A stretch of DNA of 44,353 nt, taken from positions 1-44,353 of the forward strand of contig JAYSPU010000210.1 in the NCBI GenBank assembly GCA_043721935.1, in the 5' to 3' direction. This DNA comes from Bacteroidota bacterium. GTDB taxonomy: Bacteria; Bacteroidota; Bacteroidia; AKYH767-A; 2013-40CM-41-45. The position numbers were made by a program, and so were the translations under genes. Under the pieces are notes generated by a model that did no database searches, was not told the DNA's origin, and saw only the letters and a list, made by a program, of their open reading frames with translations. Positions 25,610 through 33,542 of the stretch are shown here, piece after piece. Position 1 is the first letter of the stretch, and each line of letters starts with the position of its first letter.

Positions 25610-27685
25610 ATGACTTTAAAGAACAAAAATATTTTTCGGTTTGTTTTAACATTGCTTGCAATTATTCTGTGCGCTTCAGGAATTAGTGAGGCTCAGTCTT
25701 CATTATGTAATTTTGACAATTACATAAGAAATAATTTTAATTCTGTTTCAATATCTGAAGCAAAAATAAAAAATTATTTAAGTATTACATCATTACAGAG
25801 ATATCTAACTCATGGAAACATCTATAAAATTCCTGTAGTTGTTCATGTTATTCATGATGGAGGAATCGAAAATATTTCTGATGTTCAAATTCAGTCACAA
25901 ATTGATGTATTAAATCAAGATTATCGAAGAATAGTTGGGACCAATGGATATGGGAATGGTGCTGATACTGAAATAGAATTTTGTCTGGCTAAAATAACTC
26001 CCGACGGTGATTGCACCAATGGGATTGTAAGAATCAAATCTCCGCTGGCATATCATGAGAGTTATCAGCGGGAACAACTCTCTCTTCTCAGCAGTTGGGA
26101 TCCGAATAAATATCTCAACATTTATATTGTTAAATCAATGGCAGGCAGTGTTCTAGGCTATGCATCATTTCCCGGAGGACCTATAAATCAAGATGGCATG
26201 GTTGTGATCCACAATGCTTTTGGAACAATAGGAACTGCTCAATTTCCATTTAACCTTGGTCGAACGTGCTCTCATGAAATTGGACACTGGTTTGGATTAT
26301 ATCACACTTTTAACGGTGGTTGTGGCATTGATACATGTTCAGATGGCGATCAGGTATGCGACACACCGCCGGTAATTAATCCTAATTTTAATTGTTCTGT
26401 AACAAACACATGCAGTAACGATTTTCCTGATCTTCCTGATCAGATTGAGAATTACATGGATTATACAGATGATGTGTGCAAGAATATGTTTACTGCAGGT
26501 CAACGAGACAGGATGCAAGCTACATTGAATATATTCCGAAATGATATTTGGGCACCATCGAATTTGACAGCAACAGGATGCGATAGTAATTATATTTCTC
26601 CTATGTGTAATGTTGTAGCAAATTTTACTGCCAATGGAACTGATGTCTGCATAAACAACACTGTGACTTTTTTAAATCAAACATTAAACAATCCAACTTC
26701 GTTTTATTGGGTGTTTCCCGGTGGCAGTCCGGCAATTGATACTTCGTTAAACCCCATCATAACTTATGACACTTTGGGAGATTTCGATGTTACATTAATT
26801 GCTACCGGACAATTTGGATCGGACACACTTGTAATGAACAATTTCATTCATGTAATTCTTCCCTCAATTGGCCAAGCTATTCCATTTGATGAAACTTTTG
26901 AATCATCAACATTCCCATCAAATGGAATTACCATTGAAAATTCAGATAACGGTGTAACGTGGGAAAGAGATTCAGTTGCCATTTGTTTTGAAGGCATGGG
27001 ATCAGCAAAGATTAATAACTTAGTCAATGTCAATTATGGACAAAGTGATGCACTCGTTTTGCCAAAGTTTGATCTTACATCCACATCTGATATTCCTTAC
27101 TTAAAATTCAGATGGGCATACGCAAGGAGTGATGCAAATTATTCGGACGAACTGTTAGTATTAGTTTCCACTGATTGCGGATTGACTTTTTCGCAAATAT
27201 TTTATAAAACCGGCTTTGCTTTAACGACCGGACCAACCCAAACTGTCCCATATATTCCCGACTCTACCACTGTCTGGAAAAAAGCAAACATCAACCTTAA
27301 TCCGTATAGACAATTCAACAATGTAATTTTAAAAATAGTTAATGTAACCGATGGTGGTAACAATTTATACATTGACAGTCTTCATGTTGGAAGTATGATT
27401 CCGACAGGGACAGACTTTTCAGCGGAAAATAAAATTCAATCATCAATTGTTTACCCCAATCCTTTCAATAGTGAAATACAAATAAAGTTTTCTGAAAACG
27501 AATCTAAAGAAATTGAATTAGTCCTATTTGATTTGTATGGCAGAATACTAGATCAAACGATCGCTAAGATTCCGGAATCAAAAATTATTATATGGAAACC
27601 AATCCTGAAAGATAATAAGGTCTTGATTTTACAGATTAAAAGTGAGCATTCAATTTTATCTACGAAAGTTATTTATAGTAAATAG
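25610..27685 (+). CDS. M43 zinc metalloprotease paralogue with PKD-like domain and T9SS C-terminal sorting domain
   Basis: It contains HEIGHWFGLYHTFNGGC and ENYMDYTDD. A PKD-like segment reads FTANGTDVCINNTVTFLNQT...WVFPGGSP. The C-terminal VYPNPFNSEIQIKF is a T9SS CTD. The ORF-track start at 25604 is TTG, directly after the previous stop; I prefer the ATG at 25610. Confidence 0.9.
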   Translation: MTLKNKNIFRFVLTLLAIILCASGISEAQSSLCNFDNYIRNNFNSVSISEAKIKNYLSITSLQRYLTHGNIYKIPVVVHVIHDGGIENISDVQIQSQIDVLNQDYRRIVGTNGYGNGADTEIEFCLAKITPDGDCTNGIVRIKSPLAYHESYQREQLSLLSSWDPNKYLNIYIVKSMAGSVLGYASFPGGPINQDGMVVIHNAFGTIGTAQFPFNLGRTCSHEIGHWFGLYHTFNGGCGIDTCSDGDQVCDTPPVINPNFNCSVTNTCSNDFPDLPDQIENYMDYTDDVCKNMFTAGQRDRMQATLNIFRNDIWAPSNLTATGCDSNYISPMCNVVANFTANGTDVCINNTVTFLNQTLNNPTSFYWVFPGGSPAIDTSLNPIITYDTLGDFDVTLIATGQFGSDTLVMNNFIHVILPSIGQAIPFDETFESSTFPSNGITIENSDNGVTWERDSVAICFEGMGSAKINNLVNVNYGQSDALVLPKFDLTSTSDIPYLKFRWAYARSDANYSDELLVLVSTDCGLTFSQIFYKTGFALTTGPTQTVPYIPDSTTVWKKANINLNPYRQFNNVILKIVNVTDGGNNLYIDSLHVGSMIPTGTDFSAENKIQSSIVYPNPFNSEIQIKFSENESKEIELVLFDLYGRILDQTIAKIPESKIIIWKPILKDNKVLILQIKSEHSILSTKVIYSK

Positions 27686-27722
27686 TTTTTCAGAAGAGAT
27701 CAATCATAAAAATGTCGAATAA

Positions 27723-27941
27723 ATGAGAGAATATTCGATCAAAACTCATTTAAAATATTGGCGTGAACTGCAAAAATTGAAGCATTCACTTTTGGAATTA
27801 TATAATATTGAAGTTAATATTATACTTTGTAACGATTCTATAGAAGTTGGATTTGAATCTGATATTCCTCATCAAAAAATAAACGAAGTTCTAAACAGCC
27901 TGTTTTTGAATGCTGAACTTAGCTCTAAACTAATTGATTAA
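27723..27941 (+). CDS. possible small hypothetical protein (72 aa)
   Basis: This is the only ORF in a 360-nt gap and runs in the same direction as its neighbours. It has no recognisable motif and may be spurious. Confidence 0.25.
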   Translation: MREYSIKTHLKYWRELQKLKHSLLELYNIEVNIILCNDSIEVGFESDIPHQKINEVLNSLFLNAELSSKLID

Positions 27942-28045
27942 AGAAGTTCTGAATGTTAACATAGACATTAGAATTAAAAAATGTAGGAATGATAGTTAAG
28001 GTTTAATTTTTAATGATATTTTTCATTAAATTGCGATAAAATTTA

Positions 28046-28657
28046 ATGAAAGTGAGAAAAACAAAGTACATCCTTTTTGCAATATTGCTTTGGTTTATAC
28101 AGCCCTACTCATGTTTAGCACAATCTCCTATTCTTGAAAATTTTAGTGTGTTTGAAAGTAGTGGGAATGTATATTTAAATTGGACTGTAGGAGAAGGCTA
28201 TACGTGTAGCGGAATTCAAATATATCATTCATTAGATTCATTTAACTGGAAGCGAATAGGAGAAATAGGTGGCATTTGCGGAAGTAGCTCTGAAGCTGTG
28301 TCATATTCCTTTGTTCATGAAATGCCTGCTTTTAATACAATTAATAAATATCGATTACAGCTCGGTTTGTTAGGATTTTCAAATACTTTAAGTATCACTC
28401 TAATTGATATTAAAAAAGATGGCTATAGAATTTATCCGAATCCGGTAACAAATAATTCAGTTATCTATTTTAATAATATTCGCAAGCAGTTATGCAATCT
28501 TTTAGTTTATAATGTTTCGGGAAGTCCGGTTGCCCAAGTTAACAGTAATTCAGATGAGTTTGATATTAGTCAGATTAGACTTATTGCGGGACTATATTTT
28601 TTTACAATTAGAAATGAGGGTGGTATTAACTTAAACGGAAAGTTTCTTGTATTATAA
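28046..28657 (+). CDS. small T9SS-sorted secreted protein
   Basis: 203 aa with a signal peptide ending CLAQ. The C-terminal IYPNPVTNNSVIYF...GLYFFTIRNEG...GKFLVL is a T9SS CTD. Confidence 0.75.
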   Translation: MKVRKTKYILFAILLWFIQPYSCLAQSPILENFSVFESSGNVYLNWTVGEGYTCSGIQIYHSLDSFNWKRIGEIGGICGSSSEAVSYSFVHEMPAFNTINKYRLQLGLLGFSNTLSITLIDIKKDGYRIYPNPVTNNSVIYFNNIRKQLCNLLVYNVSGSPVAQVNSNSDEFDISQIRLIAGLYFFTIRNEGGINLNGKFLVL

Positions 28658-28667
28658 GATAATTAAA

Positions 28668-29051
28668 TTAATTGTTAGGCGCACCGGCGTCAACCCAACA
28701 CTTTAACAAGTTAAATTGTTTAATTGTAAGTGGAGGTAGGGTAGTCGGTGGCATTGATTTAGATTCAAAAACCTTTAATTCAAATTGTCCGTTAGCTACT
28801 CTCGTTTTTACTTCATCATATAAATTAAAATTCCCAACTGAAGTCGAATCTCCGTTATGGCAACCTGAAAGAGCACAGCGGCTTTGGATCAATGGAACTA
28901 TACTTTCAGAATATTTTACGGCTATTCTTTCGCAAGGATTTAATTCAAGGTTATCGTAAGTGCATCCGGAAAATAAAATTATAACAATGAAGATTGAAAA
29001 CAATTTCCTTACCCTCTGTTTATTTTTGAATAACAAGTTTTCCTTTTCCAA
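28668..29051 (-). CDS. lipoprotein with putative c-type-heme-like domain (CX4CH)
   Basis: 127 aa with the lipobox ILFSGC. It contains IVPLIQSRCALSGCHNG....MPPTTLPPLTIKQFNLLKCWVDAGAP, which resembles the haem-binding domains found in Planctomycete/Bacteroidota proteins. Its start overlaps the upstream gene by 32 nt. Confidence 0.55.
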   Translation of the reverse strand: MEKENLLFKNKQRVRKLFSIFIVIILFSGCTYDNLELNPCERIAVKYSESIVPLIQSRCALSGCHNGDSTSVGNFNLYDEVKTRVANGQFELKVFESKSMPPTTLPPLTIKQFNLLKCWVDAGAPNN

Positions 29052-29625
29052 TTAAGTTAGTTTCTGATAGTAATTGATAAAAATAAATTCCATTAGGTAT
29101 GTTCAAATCAGTTTCCGATAAAGAACTCGAAATTCTATTACTAAAAACTTTTTCACCAACTGAATTATAAATTACAAATGAACATTCAGATTCCTCTTTA
29201 AGATCAATTGCTAATTTCCCCTGTGAAGGATTTGGAAAAATACTGTAATTATTCTGCCCAGATAAAGATGTAATATTTGATGTACACTGAACAACAATTG
29301 ATGCATCCATGTGACCTCCGTTCGCAGGGTGGCATGTATAATTGTAGGTCCCTGCCTGAGTAACCACATAAATAAATCCGGAAGTAGTTATATTACCTGA
29401 AGCCCATGTGGCTGCACCGGTTGGAACAGAAGTAGAAGCTGTAGTATGTACTCCACTTACAAGAACCCAACGTATTGTATCGCCACAATTTGCTGTGGCA
29501 ACCTCCGGGCTGAATTGTTCTGTAGCCGAGGTTGTTCCCATTGCCTCTATAATAATTGTATTGGCCTGCACGTGAAACACAGTTGCAAGAATTGTAATTG
29601 CTATTACTATAAAGGTTTTTCTCAT
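29020..29625 (-). CDS. cupredoxin-like (plastocyanin/azurin family) copper protein with T9SS C-terminal sorting domain
   Basis: 201 aa with a signal peptide. The motifs are GDTIRWVLVSGVHTT and YNYTCHPANGGHMDASIVV (a C..H....M-type type-1 copper ligand pattern). The C-terminal IFPNPSQGKLAIDL...GIYFYQLL...GKLVIQK is a T9SS CTD. Confidence 0.75.
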   Translation of the reverse strand: MRKTFIVIAITILATVFHVQANTIIIEAMGTTSATEQFSPEVATANCGDTIRWVLVSGVHTTASTSVPTGAATWASGNITTSGFIYVVTQAGTYNYTCHPANGGHMDASIVVQCTSNITSLSGQNNYSIFPNPSQGKLAIDLKEESECSFVIYNSVGEKVFSNRISSSLSETDLNIPNGIYFYQLLSETNLIGKGKLVIQK

Positions 29626-29824
29626 GGGTTGATTTTTCAGTTTCTAAGTTGACTATTAAAACATTCAAATATACTTTATTCTATTGACTTTAAAGCATAC
29701 CTATCCGGAGAAGATATAATTTAACCAAGAATACAGATTTTCAAGAGTCGGAACCCATTCTTTTTGATTCAAACTATATCGCTCATAGCGATTCAATTTA
29801 TTCTATCTTAATTGTCTCTTTTAC

Positions 29825-30034
29825 CTAAAATGCTTGGTAACCCAAACCTAAAGTTCTGTCCATGAAATCTGACATAGTTGTCCCTGCTGTACTTGTAGCA
29901 AGTATAACTGCCCAATAAATTATTGGATGAAACTTCTTAGTCATAGAAATTAAATCTCCTGCGGTCTCACCTAAAGTGGTTTCACAAATTTTCATTATCC
30001 AAAAAGAAAGTGTGATAGCTGGTAGTTTATTCAT
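29825..30034 (-). pseudogene. probable remnant of a membrane protein gene (FWIxKIxxTTLGET repeat family)
   Basis: The 69-aa ORF reads MNKLPAITLSFWIMKICETTLGETAGDLIS...HPIIYWAVILATSTAGTTMSDFMDRTLGLGY. As I recall, full-length members of this family are roughly four times longer, and no continuation appears in any frame downstream. Confidence 0.3.
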
Positions 30035-30062
30035 AGCTTAAATTGTAGTTACTTCGGTTACT

Positions 30063-31955
30063 TTACTTCCCTTCTCTAAAATTCATAAGTTGCAAACTTG
30101 TGAGAATAACTACAAGTGTAACTCCAACATCAGCTGCTATGGCGAAAACTAAATTGCTGTAACCAATGAGCGCAAGTGTGATAAAGATAAGCTTTACAGC
30201 TATAGCTCCAATTGTGTTAAATTTTATTCTACGTAAAGTTTTTTGACTCAATCGAATTAAAAACGGAATAAGTGAAAGTTTATCGTTCATCAATGCAATG
30301 TTTGCAGTTTCAATAGCTGTGTCGCTTCCTGCTGCGCCCATTGCAATCCCAACAGTGCTTTGTGCCAAAGCTGGTGCATCATTTATTCCATCACCGACCA
30401 TTGCTACAAATTTATATTGCAGTAAAAGTTCCTTTATTTTTTCCGCTTTATTCTCAGGAAGCAATCCGCCAAATATTCTTTTGATGCCTACTTGTTGTGC
30501 AACATAGTTTGCCGCTTTTTCGCTGTCACCTGTGAGCATCACAGGTTCAATGTTTAACAATTCTATTTCTTTTAATGCTGCTTGACTGTCTGGTTTTATT
30601 TCATCCATCAAACCAATTATTCCCGCAACTCCATCACCAAAACTTACAACGACACTTGTTTTGCCTTGCGATGAAAGATGCTCTACAATATTTTCGGATT
30701 CTATATCTGTTTGCTGGTGCTCTTTTATAAAGTCAAGTTTGCCTACATAGATTGTTTCGTCCTCACAAACTAAACATTTGGCTATTGCACCCTTGCCTAA
30801 TATGCTTTTGAAAGCTTCGGTTTTGTGTGGTTCAAATCCTTCCTTCCTGCTTGCATTAACTATGGCTTGTGCAAGTGGATGTTCTGAAAACATTTCTGCT
30901 CCTGCTGTGCAGGCCAATAATTCTTCGCGACTTGTTCCATTCAATGGAAAAATATCTGACACTATTGGATTTCCAAAGGTGATAGTTCTTGTTTTATCTA
31001 ATGCAATGGATTTAATTTTTGCCAATGCTTCAAGGTATTTTCCACCTTTTACTAATGCTCCTTTTGCTGATGCGTTACCAATGGCTGCATAGATAGCTAC
31101 CGGGGTCGAAATAACCAATGCGCACGGACAAGCAATAACTAGCAATGTAATTGCTTGCTGCAACCAATGGTTTAATTCTAAATGCAAAACAAAAACGGGA
31201 ATTGAGAAAACTAAAATTGCCATAACAATTATTGAGGGAGTGTAATACTTTGAAAATTGCTGAATGAATTTTTGTGTTTTGCTTTTATTTGTTGATGCCT
31301 CAAATGTTAGTCGTATAATTTTTGAAAATGTTGTATCAACGGAAAGTTTTGTTGTTTCCATTTCTATGAAACCGTTTTTGTTTAAAGTTCCGGCAAAAAG
31401 ATTATCGCCTAAGTGTTTGTCTTTTGGAATTGGTTCGCCTGTTATTGCTGCTTCATCAACTGTGGTTTCGCCTGATATAATTTTTCCGTCCAAAGGTATC
31501 ATTTCACCAGCTTTCACCTGAATTATTGATCCTATTGCAATTTTATCAATTGGAACATTTCCGTTTTGCGATTTTAGAAAAGCTGTCTTAGGGGCTTTAC
31601 TCACTAATTCATCTAATGCAGATTTTGAATTTTCTATTCCAATATCTTCCAGCCTTTCACCCAATACATACAACACTATTACTACAGCGGCTTCAGGAAA
31701 CTCTTTTAAATAAAATGCTCCCATAACTGCAATAGTCATTAGTAAGTTGATGCTACTGAATTGTAGTTTGAAAATTGCTTTTATTCCATTCAATAAAACA
31801 TTGTAACCGATTCCTAAAATGAAAACAGCGAAAACAAAGGGTGCATACGGCATTGGTATGTGTATGCCGATAATTGATAAAACTTCTAACGCTACAACTA
31901 TTATGATTGCGAAAAGAAGAAAAATAAATTTTTTATCATTGAAAGGAAGTTTCAT
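30063..31955 (-). CDS. heavy-metal translocating P1B-type ATPase (ZntA/CadA-like, CPC motif), no N-terminal HMA domain
   Basis: 630 aa with the motifs ITGEP, ACPCALVISTP, SEHPLAQAIV and VGDGINDAPALA. The phosphorylation motif reads DKTRT instead of DKTGT (see findings). Confidence 0.95.
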   Translation of the reverse strand: MKLPFNDKKFIFLLFAIIIVVALEVLSIIGIHIPMPYAPFVFAVFILGIGYNVLLNGIKAIFKLQFSSINLLMTIAVMGAFYLKEFPEAAVVIVLYVLGERLEDIGIENSKSALDELVSKAPKTAFLKSQNGNVPIDKIAIGSIIQVKAGEMIPLDGKIISGETTVDEAAITGEPIPKDKHLGDNLFAGTLNKNGFIEMETTKLSVDTTFSKIIRLTFEASTNKSKTQKFIQQFSKYYTPSIIVMAILVFSIPVFVLHLELNHWLQQAITLLVIACPCALVISTPVAIYAAIGNASAKGALVKGGKYLEALAKIKSIALDKTRTITFGNPIVSDIFPLNGTSREELLACTAGAEMFSEHPLAQAIVNASRKEGFEPHKTEAFKSILGKGAIAKCLVCEDETIYVGKLDFIKEHQQTDIESENIVEHLSSQGKTSVVVSFGDGVAGIIGLMDEIKPDSQAALKEIELLNIEPVMLTGDSEKAANYVAQQVGIKRIFGGLLPENKAEKIKELLLQYKFVAMVGDGINDAPALAQSTVGIAMGAAGSDTAIETANIALMNDKLSLIPFLIRLSQKTLRRIKFNTIGAIAVKLIFITLALIGYSNLVFAIAADVGVTLVVILTSLQLMNFREGK

Positions 31956-31967
31956 TTAGCTAAGTTT

Positions 31968-32216
31968 TTAATTATTTTTTTCGCTTATTAATTTGAGTAT
32001 ATAATTCTGAGCATCCTCTACAGTTTTTATTTTATCAGCGTCATCATCAGGAACAGAAATGTTAAACTCCTTTTCAAATTCCATTATAAGTTCAACCATA
32101 TCTAAGGAGTCTGCGCCAAAATCTTCACTAAAACGAGCAGTTGATATTATTACGCTCTCATCAATTTCTAATTTGTCAATGATGAGTGCATTGAATCTTT
32201 CTTTAAAGTTTTCCAT
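31968..32216 (-). CDS. acyl carrier protein
   Basis: 82 aa. FSEDFGADSLDMVELIMEFEKEFNISVPDDDADKIKTVEDAQNYI aligns by eye along its length with E. coli AcpP, including the DSLD phosphopantetheine site. Confidence 0.85.
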   Translation of the reverse strand: MENFKERFNALIIDKLEIDESVIISTARFSEDFGADSLDMVELIMEFEKEFNISVPDDDADKIKTVEDAQNYILKLISEKNN

Positions 32217-32315
32217 TTTCTATGATATTTAAAGAGTGAAGAACCCTGCTTTGCAAGCATCTTGTTGTTAGCAAGGGCCAGAAGAACAAGTGTTCACCCG
32301 TAATAAAAACCCAAG

Positions 32316-33476
32316 TTATTCTTCTTCTGTATTTTTCATTTTCATTAGCAAGGTATATGCTCCTTTTGTAACGAAAGTCTTGTTTTGAATATCGGTGCTA
32401 TCTGAAAAAGTAATTTGAGTGAAACCGTTTTCGTTGTTGGCCGTTTTTACTTCTACCATTTCATATTTTTTGCTATCTGTTTCAACGAACACATATTGTT
32501 TTCCTTCAAATTGCACAATGCCTTCATTGGAAATTACGAAAGCATTATTGGTGGCAACTTCAACCTGCGCATTCATATACATTCCCGGAATTAAGGATTT
32601 ATCGTAATTGTCAAAGTGGCATTGCACATGAACTGTTCTTTCCGGTGAAACATCTTTGCCAATCAAAATAATTTCGCAATTGTATTTTTTATTTGGTTGC
32701 GTGTTGTTGTATGAAATTAGTTTTTGTCCAATAGATATTTTATCTAAATCTTTTTCAAATACTGTAAGTTGTAAATGAATGTCAGAAGGGTTGACTAGTT
32801 CAAACAGCACATCTGTTGGCGTTGCATATTTACCAATATTCATGTTTACCTCTGAAACGAAACCATCAATTGGAGAATAAATATTGATACTTTTTGAAAT
32901 AGTATTCACATCTAATTTGTCGGTATTAATACCAATTAGTTGTAGTTTCTCTGACAAAGATTTAATCAGTATCTTTTGTGAAAGATAGTCGGTTTGTGCG
33001 TTCTCAAAAATTTTGTCGCTGCTTGCTTTGCTTAGATTCAATTCTTTTTGGCGTGTAAATTCCTTTTCGATGGAACTGAAATGCGCTTTTGCAGTGAGAT
33101 AATCTTGTTGCAGTTGGATGTATTGTTGATCTTCCATGGTTGCAATAATTTCTCCTTTGCTGATGTGCATACCTGAAAGAAGTTTGGTTGATTTCAAGTA
33201 TCCTCCTAATGGAACACTAACCGAAATCATGTTTTGAGGCGGCACTTCAATTTTTCCATTCACTTTTAAAAGAGATGAAATATTTCGTTGCTCAATTTTA
33301 GCTGTTTTAATGTCAGCGTTTTTGAATTGTGCGTCTGTTAGTTCAACGGTGCTTTCGTTAACCACTTCTTCTACTGCAGCTGGTTCTGTTTTCTTGGTTC
33401 CACAAGAAGAAATTAGTATTAGGCAATTTGCAAATAGCAAAGTGCAAAATGATATAATGATATATTTTTTACTCAT
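32316..33476 (-). CDS. efflux RND periplasmic adaptor subunit (system 2)
   Basis: 386 aa with the lipobox LISSCG. It has the membrane-fusion-protein layout: GGYLKSTKLLSGMHISKGEIIATME, a coiled coil, and SPIDGFVSEVNMNIGKY. Confidence 0.9.
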   Translation of the reverse strand: MSKKYIIISFCTLLFANCLILISSCGTKKTEPAAVEEVVNESTVELTDAQFKNADIKTAKIEQRNISSLLKVNGKIEVPPQNMISVSVPLGGYLKSTKLLSGMHISKGEIIATMEDQQYIQLQQDYLTAKAHFSSIEKEFTRQKELNLSKASSDKIFENAQTDYLSQKILIKSLSEKLQLIGINTDKLDVNTISKSINIYSPIDGFVSEVNMNIGKYATPTDVLFELVNPSDIHLQLTVFEKDLDKISIGQKLISYNNTQPNKKYNCEIILIGKDVSPERTVHVQCHFDNYDKSLIPGMYMNAQVEVATNNAFVISNEGIVQFEGKQYVFVETDSKKYEMVEVKTANNENGFTQITFSDSTDIQNKTFVTKGAYTLLMKMKNTEEE

Positions 33477-33542
33477 AATTTTGTTTTTTTTTATAAATTA
33501 TTGAATTAGTGAACTACAGTATTTAGGTCTCATTGTTGAAAC

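Noticed and set aside
29393-29668. Alternative-frame ORFs inside the cupredoxin gene (29393-29668 minus, 29446-29652 plus), and similar out-of-frame or antisense ORFs inside longer genes at 11402-11626, 14074-14274, 16286-16471, 19633-19818, 22136-22821 and 26848-27033.
   Set aside because: All lie within longer ORFs that carry recognisable domains and T9SS or signal sequences, and none has independent support.
30298-31521. Plus-strand ORFs inside the P-type ATPase gene.
   Set aside because: They are antisense shadows. The Ala/Ser/Pro-rich translations are typical of the reverse frame of a membrane ATPase gene.
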